Below, piece after piece: positions 39,330 through 51,690 of a stretch of DNA of 64,000 nucleotides. How positions within the stretch are numbered: position 1 is the first letter of the stretch; every line of letters begins with the position of its first letter. A program made the position numbers and the translations under genes. This stretch comes from Chiloscyllium plagiosum (taxonomy: Eukaryota). The notes under the pieces are model-generated. The model was not told the DNA's origin and did no database searches. It worked only from the letters and a program-made list of their open reading frames with translations. The DNA is taken from contig NC_057742.1 of NCBI RefSeq assembly GCF_004010195.1, forward strand, positions 19,385,161-19,449,160, written 5' to 3'.

Positions 39330-39870
39330 TCAGAAAAGGATATATTTTGCTGAAACCTTTTGTCATGCATTCTTCATGACAGTTCCAGGGGAACAACATT
39401 TGTATTAGAAGTGTGCTGATGGTTGGCAAGTGGATTGGTATAGATATTGTCGAGAGTGGAAAAGTACAGCAGGTCAGGCAGCACCAGAGGAGCAAGAGAA
39501 GTGACATTTCGGGTACAAGCCCTTCATCAAGTATAGATATTGCCAAAGAGAATGCATCAGTTAGATAACAAGTGACAGCTTGCAAGTTTTATTTATATTT
39601 AAATAGGCAGGTTGACTCGGATTATCCTAAAGAATTAACCAGATTGCTGTTAGCTATTTTGTTCAGTATAAACAGGTGCAGTATGTGTACTTGTCTTTCG
39701 GTCTGCAAGGAACAGGCTCCTGCATATCAAGGTATGCAGTTTCCAGTACAGGCAAGTATGTTATACTGTGAGCCAGACTGAATCTTAAATTGGTTGACAA
39801 TGTAATTCATAACTCATCTGGGATTGTTTAACAAATGCTGACAAATCACAGAATCACATCTAATGTTGGA
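39330..39870 (-). mobile_element. Old Penelope-like 3' fragment (family E)
   Basis: The - strand translates CDSVICQHLLNNP.*..Y..NQFKI, typical of a PLE GIY-YIG C-terminus. Confidence 0.7.
39450..39530 (-). mobile_element. 81-bp family A-like Penelope fragment with a 12-bp TSD, nested in the family E element
   Basis: TSD gtatagatattg at 39438-39449 and 39531-39542. Core relic tTGATGA-A-GGGC-TTGT-ACCC-GAAATGTC. Confidence 0.8.
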
Positions 39871-40139
39871 CAATTTAGATGTTTGCAAACATGGGCTGCT
39901 GCTGCTATTGCATAGCAGCAGTGTACGACAGCTACTTTTACCGGTTAGTCGAATTTATGAGATACCTTACCCTTCCGGATAATGAGAGTCTGGGCACTTT
40001 TCAAGTCCAAAGTGGCACTTGTGAGTTTGTACAATGTTTGGCATTCAATGGAAAAATAATATGATTAATATATACATTTTCCAGTAATGCTGAGAAAATG
40101 GCTATGCATTGGAGCTCCTGCAGTTCCATACAGCGCAAC

Positions 40140-40790
40140 GTTGACCCTGTCAGCAATCTTGTTAAGGCCCAAGCATTTGCTCACTATGCACACAAGGTGA
40201 AATAGAGCACATCAAAGCCATTTGCATAATTTGTAGTGTGAAGTAGAAACATAGGTGGTGATCACCACTAACAGGACGCTGCCTTGATGTCTCAATGATG
40301 TTCTGCCCATTACACGAATGAGGAAAGTGGCATATGAATTTCACAGCTGGTGTGATGCTAGGTTTGCAGGCCATACGTCTGGAAAACTGCCAGACCATAC
40401 AAAATAGCATGTCACTTCGGTTGCTCACACCAGACAAAAGTACTGACCTTGCCTAACCAGCCTATGATTGCAAAACTCTGAAAATAGTTCCCAACACTGG
40501 GATTCTGCGCTTGGGCAAGATTTTCTAAATAAAAAGAATGTGTATACACATTACACTATTTCAATTGAGCAAAGTAGTTGACAGCCATACTGATTCATTC
40601 CTCAGGGCAATGCCTTGACAATTCAAAGTAAAGCTACCTGGTTTAAGTTTAAACAAAACTTGGCAGTTAACTGTCAGTCATCATCCAATTTTTGCATTCT
40701 TCATCGCACATCTCTACCAACTAATCAATATGCTCTTCTCAGTATGAAAATGTTCATATTATATTGATATTCCCTCTTCAGGAAAATTTG
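40140..40790 (+). pseudogene. Degenerate Penelope GIY-YIG endonuclease region plus 3' UTR (family E)
   Basis: TNRTLP*CLNDVLPITRMRKVAYEFHSWCDARFAGHTSGKLPDHTK*HV, resembling PLE KDxLPxxxxSxVVYxFxCxCxxxYVGxTxxxLxxRxxxH. Confidence 0.7.
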
Positions 40791-42479
40791 TAACAAAATC
40801 AACATGAAATATAAAAACTTTTGACTTTCTTTTGCTCTCAGCAATACAAAAGTCAATACATTAAAATGTATAGTTATATTGGACAGCATTTTTAATTTAT
40901 GCATGGATCTCCAAGGAGCCAGATTTTCCATAGACTTCAAAAATTGGTACTCTTGGTTTCCAATAATAATGTAAACATTGAACCATCAGATAAAGAATTT
41001 AGCCACATGGTCCCCATCCTGTTCTGTGCAGAGTTAGTTGGTTTTACCCGTGTGGAGCTGTAACTGGTCAGAGTTAGGCAATGAAGAAATAACCATAGGT
41101 TCCTGCTGCCAATCACTATCTAGTAACTCCTGTTGGCAATGCAAGTTAGTGGAACCAGCATTTAATTGTCTTAGACACAGTGGATGAATAGTCTGTAGGA
41201 CCTCATTTACAAATTACAGCAATAAATTGTAGCTATTACTGCGTATCTAACCATACACAGTTTGCTACTTCTACAAATCTACTTCTACTTCTGCAATGCC
41301 ACTCATTTTACCCAAATGTTTTCTTACCCCCTTTAAAAATACTGAATACTAAAAAACCAGAATCAATTCAGCAAGTACCTCAATGTTTAGTGAATATCGG
41401 GTATTGCTCAGAGTCTTAAATGTACATATCTTGCTTTGAACAGTTTACTTAAAAGTGTGTGGTATAATCTCAACTTTAATTAATTTGGCTAACTTTAAAC
41501 ACTTGCTTTGTTTTTGAAATAACATACTTTATCAATAAAAAACTAGTGAGTAATTTATTTCATTTGTTGAGTAATTTTGAATATTCTTACATACACATAA
41601 ACCAAAGTTTGATATGCACACACCCATTAAGTTGATCTTTAATTCACAATAGTTGGTAGTTCTTAAAATGGATATTTGGCTGTAGTGTAAGTGAATCAGG
41701 CTGCTTTGTTATGGACGATGTCTTAAATGTTTCTTGGAGCTGCGCTAATCCAGGTAAGTGGGAATATTTCGATCACACTCCTTACTCAGGCTTTATTGTT
41801 AGTGGACAGTTATGATTCCCAGACCTGCTCTTGTAGGCACACTATTTATACAGCTAGTTCAGTTGAGTTTCTGATCAGTAGTTAAAACCCAAGGATGTCA
41901 GTAGTGGGGATTCAGTGACCATAATGTCATTCAATACCAAAGGATGATGGTTACATTCTGTCGTCTTGTTGTAGCTGGGCATTGGTAAGTAATAATGGTG
42001 TCATGCAAGTTCTGGGCAACGGAGTCTTGCTGCATTTTCACAGATTGCTTCAGTCATTATTCCTTTTATCCAAATCAACATTATGAATTATATACAAGAT
42101 TTAAAAACCACAATAAAAGAGATATTTGAAGCACTGCCAAAATTACTGTTTATTTTTTCATTCATGCATCTCTGAACCTGTCCAGCCAAATACACATGAA
42201 TCTTATGATATTGCATCTTGCTGAACAACCACATCGCCCATTAGTAGAAAGCACTATTCAAATATGGCTGCCACTTCTTTTAAAGTGTCTAAATTAAGTT
42301 TTCATGAGTTACCTGGTTGAGTAGTTCATAGGTCAAAAGCGTGCTGGTCCTTAACCTCAAAATCAGAAAATACACAGCAAAACTAAAGTTAACTGTAAAG
42401 CTTCACGTGAAATGAAAGCTGGCGAGTAGTTGAGAAAGTACAAAGGTGGAAAATTATTAGAATATGTTTAAACCTGTTA

Positions 42480-42518
42480 AAAGTAAGAAAAAACACAACT
42501 GTTTTAGCATGTTTTATT
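42480..42518 (-). terminator. Candidate distal polyadenylation signal of TMEM101
   Basis: The minus strand reads AATAAA (42518-42513), then acatgctaaaaca, then the GU/U-rich GTTGTGTTTTTTCTTACTTTT. Confidence 0.45.
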
Positions 42519-43671
42519 GTAATATATTTACAGTAGGGAAAATTCTATCAAAATGCTAGCAGAGAAAGAAAATATCTACATGGATATTATGGACACATCG
42601 TAAATTGGAAGCAATGCAAAAGTTCTGCTAACAGACACACACTCATTTGGACAATGACTGATTAATGGTTATGCTTTTCTTACATAATTTGCTAAACCTA
42701 CAAACAACAATGGAGTTTACTTGGAGTGGACACACCGATGCATATTGTAATCTTAACAGCGACAGTTACACGTTCAAGGTAAAGTTATTTCTCGTGAGAC
42801 ATGCATATAAATTTAGTGAAAACACTCCTGAAAAAAAATTGACAAATGAAAAACTAGATCGAAAACTTTACTACATTTATATCCTTGAAGTTTGGTTTTA
42901 CTTTTCCATCTAATCTGTGGAGAACAAGCTTAATATTTCAAAATTTTAATATAAACTCAAAGTTGGTACTGAATGCAAAAGTAACAAAAGTATCAATTTA
43001 GTTACATAAAACATATACATTATGTTTTTTCAAAAGTGTAAACATTTTTCAGTTATACATTGCTAATAGTGCACTTCATATATTGAAAGATGCTGAGCTG
43101 GCTATAGAAAGATAACCCAGTTAGTATTAAATTGTAAAATATTTCAAGTATACAACAGGCAGTGTCCATAAATTTTCCACTACCCATACTTACAAGTTTG
43201 GTGAGGTTTTCTTAACAAACACATGGGACTAAATTTTGTCAATGAATGGAAAATTCAATCTCTGAGGATCAGAGATCTCCTTTAGTTAGGTCTTTAGGTT
43301 TAAGATAAGCCAAAGGTAGTACAATAAAGTAGCTGCTAGGTAGTAAAATCGTATGTACTTAAAAGCAAAAGCGCACAACAAAACAGGTCACATTCCAGAG
43401 TTTCATTAGAAGCAAGTGTCTAGAACTCCCCATTGCATCAATCCTTGGCAAGCAATTTAATGATTTCCTTTTATTCCAGATCTTTTTAAGGAAATTCTTA
43501 TTGTTGTTCTAGCCACACTTCTCCAACTAATTCAACTAACACTTTAAAATTAACGAGCTTAAATATTGAAAGTAACTTCTTAGAGATTATCAGGTCAGTG
43601 TGCTTGAGCAAACTAATTTGATCCTACTTTTGTTTTATTTGACCGCACTGATCAATAATCTAGTCAACACC

Positions 43672-43810
43672 GTGGGTGGCATAGTGGTTAGCACTACAGC
43701 CTCACAGCACTAGAGACCCGGGTTCGGAATGGGTGGGTTGCGCTTCGGCGGGGCGGTGTGGACTTGTTGGGCCGAAGGGCCTGTTTCCACACTAAGTAAT
43801 CTAATCTAAT
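43672..43810 (+). mobile_element. Internally deleted HE1 SINE (tRNA head fused directly to the tail)
   Basis: Junction GACCCGGGTTC|GGAATGGGTGGG; V-domain absent; (TAATC)n tail. Confidence 0.85.
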
Positions 43811-46472
43811 TCAACAGAAGACTTTACAGTTCCTCAAATTACAGTTTCTTTAATTTTGGGTCTGCACAAGTCATTTACGCCAGTGCAAAACTGAACTTTA
43901 ATATTTGCATAAGATGAAATGTTATGTTTGTGATAAGTTAACAAATGGGGAATATTGATTGGTTTTACATGAAGCATTAGATGCTGTGGTGAAAATGTAA
44001 ATAGTTTTTTTTCATATAATAACAGATTATGAAAGCTTATTTACCATAGGATTCCTTTACTGTATGTACAGTCAAAAATTATTAGTGAAGTCCCTTGGCA
44101 ATGAATTGGGGATTGGGCATGCACAGAAGTACATTTTTGACGTAACTACAAAATACTATGACATTAACAATGATGCTTATCCAGGTTGTGCAAACAGTGT
44201 ACACAAAAAGACTTTACATTTACTGGTTCCAGTTTAAATTAGCAAATGTTAATCATAAATTAGATTCAAAAAGGAACATGCACCCATTTATAATCAATGA
44301 ATTTTAATAAAAAAACAAGCCTTACTGTCTTTAGTCATTATTTTTGACAAATATGGTTTTTCACAACTATTATGGACAAAATTTACATAAGATTTAAACT
44401 TCTGGGTTTGCCTTGTACACAACATAATTTGCTTAAAATCACCCAGTTTGTAAAATCAAACCAAAATGGATTCTTTAACTGGTCAGTGGAACACCGTAAT
44501 TTTAAAAAGTCAGTTCTATAACTAAAAGTTGTGAATCTATCTTTCATGAAATCAACAAGCTAAAAATGTGTTGCATTTGTATTGCGCCCAACCCCACACT
44601 AACCCTCTTGAGTTTATAGTATTAGCTGTTCAGGTGGGAAGATGGTGGGAACTGGAAATTACCTCAACATGGGTCACCACACATTGCCAGAAGAGCACTG
44701 GCACAACCCTTCACTCCTAACAGTACTGAATGTTAAAAAAGTGGACAGAATGAATGGAAAGATACATTTTAACTATTCATATATTTTGAGAAGTGTGGAG
44801 AGAGAAATATACTCTAAATTGTCCATCTAATAGGATTTCTGTATAACTATGGACACGCATCCAGATATGGAAGGCACATTACAATTTAAGAAAGACAATC
44901 TTCCTGAGGAACACCTACAAATGGAACAGATGCAGCTAAATACAATGATTTAAAATTGGAACAGGACAGCTAAAACACGCAGTAATAGTGAAACATTTTA
45001 AATTGGCTTGAAATTTCCCATTTCAGTACATACTAAAGCTTCATATGTGAAGTGGAATATTTGCAATGAGTGGAATGCATCTTACTGCATTTGACAAGGT
45101 GAAAACAGAAGAAGATTCATGACATTCTAATTTACTTTTTAAAGCTTTAAACTGTTTGGTCTTGGAAGCATACTTACTTAATTGACTGCCACAAAAATCA
45201 AAGCATTGAAAAAAAGATTGATACATTACTATATTAGAATAGTTATTAATTTCATAACGGAAAATCCTAGGATGAGTACTTCCTGCATGAGGTATTCTCT
45301 ACTCAGAATTGCTTTCAATTAAAAATTAAGCTTTTCTGCCTGTTTGAGGCATGCATTCTACCCTGTTACTTTACTTCTGTTTACTCATATGTGGAGCATT
45401 ATTAATCAAAGAAACACATCTTAAAACATGTGCAAAATGTCTGATCTTCACAAAGGAAATGTGAACGAGAAGAACATATTTCAACTAATATCCTTTCAAT
45501 TTAATAAAATGATTTCATACTGAAGGGTGGTCCAATAGCCATTTACCTAAATTAAGACATTAGCGATACCAGTCATTAACATTTTCTATTTCAAACCAAC
45601 TTTGTTTAAAAAGAGCGTAAATATATATAAATTACACAAGTAAGAGAGAGAATGTGTGCGTGTCAAATAGCACAGAATTAAATGTTAAAAAACTCCCAAA
45701 TCTACAACTGTACTCCCATTTTTGAAAGAATGCTGCACTACACTGTAAACTATGAATTTGAATTGATATTCAATCACTACATAAAGTGACTCCATTTCAA
45801 TTTAAAGGAAGAAAGCTGCATTTAAACAATTTAAGGCCCAGGTTTAATAATATTTATTCTATTTAGTTCATGTGACAGTTGGTTGACAATCTGGGTCTTC
45901 CTGAATAATATTAAGTTGAAAATCAATCATTTCTCAAAAACTATTATGACATATGCTTGTGATTGGTCAGTGAATATTTAAAGAGCTTTAAACAGAAACG
46001 TTCAAGTTCACTTCAGATAGTTTCACTTCAACAGTTACCCAGGGGCCATTTAATTATTCACAAGAGTGTAAAAATTAGTGCTGAAAGAAACTTAAATATT
46101 TTGCACTTTTTGCATTCAAAGTTAGCATAAGGTACTCAAGTCAAATACACAATGGATACTCATGAAATTAAGCCTCTCAATTTCTTGCTTTGACACTTTG
46201 TCTTAATCCAAAATACTACCATTTAATAAGTTGCTCCATTTTCTACCTCAGCCATCAAGATCCAAGTTAGTTAACAAATTAGTACCATGTTACTCTGGAC
46301 ACTTTGTGGTTGACATGTACTGCTTGTGATTTCATTTCATCTTTTGACTTTTATAATAGCAGAGAAAAAGCATACTGCAGTCCAATGCAGCAAGTACAGA
46401 TGGTATTTCTTTCCCACAACCTACCATTTGCAAGACTCACTTACATTGTAAAATATAGTTCAAAAAATTTCA

Positions 46473-46667
46473 GGGAGAAAGTGAGGACTGCAGATGCTGG
46501 AGATCAGAGCTGAAAATGTGTTGCTGGAAAAGTGCAGCAGGTCAGGCTGCATCCAAGGAGCAGGAGAATCAACGTTTCGGGCATGAGCCCTTCTTCAGGA
46601 ATGGCTCCTGATGCAGCACTTGAATGCTGCCTGACCTGCTGCGCTTTTCCAGCAACACATTTTCAGA
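46473..46667 (-). mobile_element. Fold-back Penelope-like element (family A), hammerhead core 46571-46598, 13-bp TSD (1 mismatch)
   Basis: TSD tcaaaaaatttca at 46460-46472 and tcaaaacatttca at 46668-46680. The - strand reads CTGAAGA-A-GGGC-TCAT-GCCC-GAAAC-GTT. Confidence 0.85.
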
Positions 46668-49059
46668 TCAAAACATTTCAAACAGGAGTAGCATAGTAAT
46701 TCATTATTAATAGTTTCTAGATGAATTCTGATCAGGTATTAGTCTAAACCCTTTAAATATACAATATCATTGCATTTAAAGCACTGGCCCCTGCTGCATT
46801 AAACAGAAGTGTAGTCTTATACAATTCAGATCAAACAAAACAGATAGCAGGAAGTGAACTGCATCCTTTTCTTCCAGATTCATATCCCTCCCTTAATATA
46901 AACATGCTAGTCATGGAAACAGGTCATAATAATCTAGAGAAGGATAAATTATGTTTTATATACCTAAATTTCAAAAAGCACCAAGATTTTAAATCTTGAA
47001 ATATTAAAACTTCATACATTTTAGAAACATGAGCTACAAGCCTTAGTAGTCTTAATACGTACAATATAGTCCCTACTTTCCAAGCAAATTACCCAGTTGC
47101 TACCACTGACAGGTGTGATAAGTACCATAACATTGCACAAGCACTCTAAGTCACTTCAACATTTTTTCTTGTGAAATATCTTGCTTTTGGTTTTTGCCTT
47201 TGAACAATCCCACTATTCTTGCACAGCTAACAAAGAAAAAGGACTTGAATAGCTTGATCTCCTCCTCAACTGCAAACAGATTATAAAGATGAAAAACTAA
47301 AATGGAACAATGGACAGAAGGCCTTCAGCTGTTTTTGTGTTAAATTTCATTTGTTAAATAATAAATTCCATTACTACTTATCTGCAAGTAGGAAGAAAGA
47401 AAAAAAAAACAATGCTAAATATAACTGCAATGGAAAAAAGAATTTTAACTAACAAAAAAAAAACTCAAAGATTAACAGGAACAAACTATGACATAAAATC
47501 CATAGCACTACTGCAACTCATTTTCATAATTGTGAAATTCCTAATGGTAATATAGCTGAACACAAAATATCCTCTCCTTTATCACTAAGGCACTACTGTT
47601 TTAATTCTAATTTGAATCTGTTTGGCCACTAAATGTTTTTGAAGAGCTATACAATCTCTACAATGATTTGCTTGGTGGGAAACTAGGGATGCTAAAGGGA
47701 AAATAAAGAGAGCTTACAGTTAGTCTGAAAACTAATGAATGTTCCCAATGATTTGTCATACTTCGGGAGGAATACTTTTCGATCATATCAAAGCTTTTCC
47801 CATTACTGCTTCACTGAAAAAAAAAGTGGAGACAATGGATTTCATGGTTGCAGCCTCTTAAGAGACTTTTTAGATTAGGATATGCAGTTTTAGATTTTTA
47901 AAATATAAACTGATCTTCCTTCACAGGGAACTGTTTTATTATTTGTCAAAGGAAACAGATGCTGTAAAACCTAAAGGACTCAAATCTGAGATGAGAGTGA
48001 AAAGTCATACAAATTAACTAAAAGATTAGCAACGGCAAAAAAAAAAATGGAACATTAGCCATGCGCCACATCGAAAAACCAAAATTGATATTGCTGTGAA
48101 GAGGAGTATGGACCTGCACTGCAAAGCTGATCAGCTGATTTTCTGGTAGCTTCACCATTGATCTGCCCACACAGCTACAAAACTAAAATGGGCCATTTTA
48201 AAAGAGAAATCCTTCTGGATCAGATAGAGTTTCAATTCTACTTAAGCTACTTCAGATCTGAAGAACCTGATGGATGCCTTGTTAAACTGTGCAGCTGGGG
48301 ATACCAGTGGCCTTGTGGTGGAAAATAAAACTTGTCATACAAAAGAACAATGATCTCAAAATGTCCTGCTGGCTCTGTAGGAAACCCACTGACCTTACAC
48401 AAAAGTAGTCTCTTGAAGTTGCCAGCTAGATCATCTGGCACCTCAGTTGCACATTTCCAGTGTAGCTTGCCAGCATGAATAACTGAGACATGATGGGAAA
48501 GAAATAGGAAAAATTGTTGGGAATTTTAAAGCTGGAAAGAAGTCAATTTACTGGTGCTGAGAGAAACCTTTCAAAATTATTTTGCTAGGAGAATAAATGA
48601 ATACACAACAAATTTCATCACTCATAGAACATCACACTTTAACAAATTCTGGGTCTTTTATATCATTCATGATGCAGCACATAGATCTAATAATTTATTC
48701 AAATTGGAATTAAATGAAAAAAGGAGATTAATAAAACAGACAGTGGGCTACGTTTCCAAACATATAATCCTGGCATGAAAGCTGACCTGCCAAAAGCAGC
48801 TCTCGATTTCTCTGCATATGGTCCTAGAAAGTGAGCACTGCCATAGAAGCATACATCCACCAAGTCGGCCCTCAGAGATTCACTAGCATCCAAACAATTG
48901 TTCATACACAAGTTTTGTTTTCTACAGAACTGTCCAAGAAAATGATCTATTGTGAAAATATATTTAAGAACCTATACATTTAAAAAAGTCAAATAAATAG
49001 CAGTACAAGGCAGTTGCTTCATTTGTGCCATGCATTAAAGAACCCCACGTTTAAAAGTA

Positions 49060-49368
49060 TTAACAATCTGTTGCCAAAATTATAGCAGCGCCAAAAATGC
49101 CCACATTCTGCCCAAGAAGCTTCATTTGATTCCAGAATTCAATCCGGCGGGAATGATGCCAATAGCCCACATTGCCATCGATAAAGAGAATTACAAGAGG
49201 CATAAGAACAGACAGTATCTGGGCTGCAGTCCGTACACAATAGCCAGAGAGGAAAGACAAGGCCAGTACAGCATATAGTACAAACAACAACTGGAGTGTA
49301 ATTTCACCTCCTATGATGTGGTTCAGATAGGCCAGACGGTCCTCCTTACTGTGCTGCAGGGAGTAGGC
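49060..49368 (-). CDS. TMEM101: TMEM101 exon 4, terminal coding part (AYSLQHSKEDRLAYLNH...EFWNQMKLLG...ILATDC*)
   Basis: Acceptor ctacag|GCC, TAA ending at 49060. Confidence 0.96.
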   Translation of the reverse strand, partial: AYSLQHSKEDRLAYLNHIIGGEITLQLLFVLYAVLALSFLSGYCVRTAAQILSVLMPLVILFIDGNVGYWHHSRRIEFWNQMKLLGQNVGIFGAAIILATDC

Positions 49369-49855
49369 CTGTAGATTAAATACCAAACAATTAGAATCCC
49401 ACAACTTTTAAAAGACATTGTGGAAACGGCACAAACTTAAACTTGCCACCTAATACTCAAGATGTGCAATGGTTGTAACTTAAAACATTGTCATAGAAAT
49501 TGATAACTTAGCCCCAGTAACCACCACAAATGCCAGGCTGCACTACTGATAAGATTTTTGGGATTAAGAAAAAAATTGTACAGAACAACATTATAAACAA
49601 TTAGCACTGGCTCCAAATTTGTACTCAAAAAAAAAAAGGGTTCTCACTCCGAAATGGACATGCCAAGTTCAAAGACGTAACCTCCTACTGTGCAACTCTG
49701 GTGGTCAATGGATCCTAACCAACAGCATAAGATACAATACTGAAATACACAGAAACTAGTTACTAATGAAATTTCATTACAGTTTGAGAATGCATACAGA
49801 AACATGTTTAACTTTATAATTAACCTTTAAAGGTTGTGTCAGGATGATTACTCAC

Positions 49856-50002
49856 CACACAAATAAGGTTGATGCCAAGAAACACCTGTCCAGTAGACTG
49901 CAACGACCTGGTACGTGGCTTCTGCCTGTAAACTTCACCAGCACCACTTGCTAAAATCAAAAATCCTCCAATAACAGCTATAGTTCTGGAATACATTCTC
50001 AC
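49856..50002 (-). CDS. TMEM101: TMEM101 exon 3 (VRMYSRTIAVIGGFLILASGAGE...FLGINLICV)
   Basis: Acceptor ttgcag|GTG, donor GTG|gtgagt, 147 nt. Confidence 0.96.
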
Positions 50003-51074
50003 CTGCAACATTCAAAATGCTTATTTTATATAGTTTTACTACTTAACTGATCCATAAATCGTTTTACTTTGTCATCATTTGTGTGATCAAATAGTAAAAT
50101 GCTGCACAAGCTCAAAAATATATTTTCAAATCAAAATTTGATCACTATCCAGATGATGCAAATCAGCTGCCATTCAAACATATTCTTCCAAAATAATTTT
50201 TTAAAATGTGGCAACTTGTATAAGCAAATGTAGCTGAAATTCACCCTCCCACTAACATCTTACTTTAGAGTGAAACATGCCTGGTTTATTGGATGACAGA
50301 AACAGAATAGTTACAGCAACAATTTTTGTCAAATTCAGATGATGCAAATAAAGTCAAGGTGTTATCTTTGCACTATTATATAAAAAGTAAACTTCAATTA
50401 TTATTTGGTTACGAAGTCCAATTATCCTGAAATACTTCATTGCTGGTAAGCAGCCTCTGAACCCTCCACTTTTGCACACACAAGTGTGGTGATTGGGTTA
50501 TCACTATTGGCTGCTGAAATCTATACTTGATTTTACCTGTTTCATCAGAAGATTAACAGAATGTATATAATGTACATGGCAATTGAACAAGTTTATGTCT
50601 ATCTTGCAATGCACTTCAGCCTTGCCATAAGCCTCTTCTCTCCTTCACTAACCCAAATGGTTATTGTATGACAATAGTAGACATGAACTAACAATTTTAA
50701 CTGCCATCATCTGAATGTTATATTTAAGCACTTTCAGGAGCTAGAATTGTTTTTAAAAAAAACAAAAAGGACAAATACTGACCTAAAATGACTGCTGTGA
50801 TTACCTGGCCACAGGGTGAAACAAGTCAAAAAGAGACCAAGAGAGAATAAACAAAACCATTTGCATCGAAAGAACCTCTATCAAAATACACTGGAACGAG
50901 GCAACTGAGTCAGTGTCAAGAAAGTCTCATTTCCTGATTTAATTCACACCTCTGTGATAATTTCATAAATTGGGAGCTGAAAATTCCACCTGCCAGTTAG
51001 TTTGCTAGAAAACACAATCGATTTAGACTCAGGAACATACACTGAACCATATTTCATTGCTTATTTGAGTAGTG

Positions 51075-51690
51075 TGAGAGACAGCAGAGTAGTTGTCATG
51101 TCATTGGGCTGGTAAATCCAGAGCTGCAGAATAATGTTGAGGATGTGACTTTGAATCCCCCCATGGCAGATGAATTCCTAATTTTAAAAAACTTAATTAA
51201 AAGCTAGTCTAATGGCAGGCATGTAACTAGTGATGATCATCAGAAAACCTGGGAGATAAACACCGATTTAAATAAGAGTACAGAAAGGAAAGCCAGCACA
51301 TGGTGCAAAAATGTGCATTCATCTTCAGCCAGATGTCGAGTAGATGATCCATCTAGGCCTTTCCCAAAGCCTTCAGCATCACAGATACCCAAATTTCAAT
51401 TGACTCAACTTACTCCACATTACATAAAAGAAAAGGCTAATGACACTGGATACTGTAAAGCTGTGGCTGATCAACATTCCAGCCAGTGCTGGAAATGTGT
51501 GCTCCAGAATTAGCTGCACCCTGTGTCCAACTGTTGCAGTACAGCTTAGAATGATAATTACCAATTAAAAACCCATCTGATTCACGAACACCCTTCAAGG
51601 AAGGAAATCTGTTGGCCTTATCTGGTAAGTCTACATGTGACTCCAGACCCATCAAGATGTGGTTGACTCTGACTAGCCCCCTGAAATGGC
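51075..51690 (+). mobile_element. Deu-domain SINE split by a CR1/L2 fragment (about 51255-51550)
   Basis: Head at 51075-51250 and Deu core GGAAGGAAATCTG...CTACATGTGACTCCAGACCC at 51600-51690. Confidence 0.55.
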
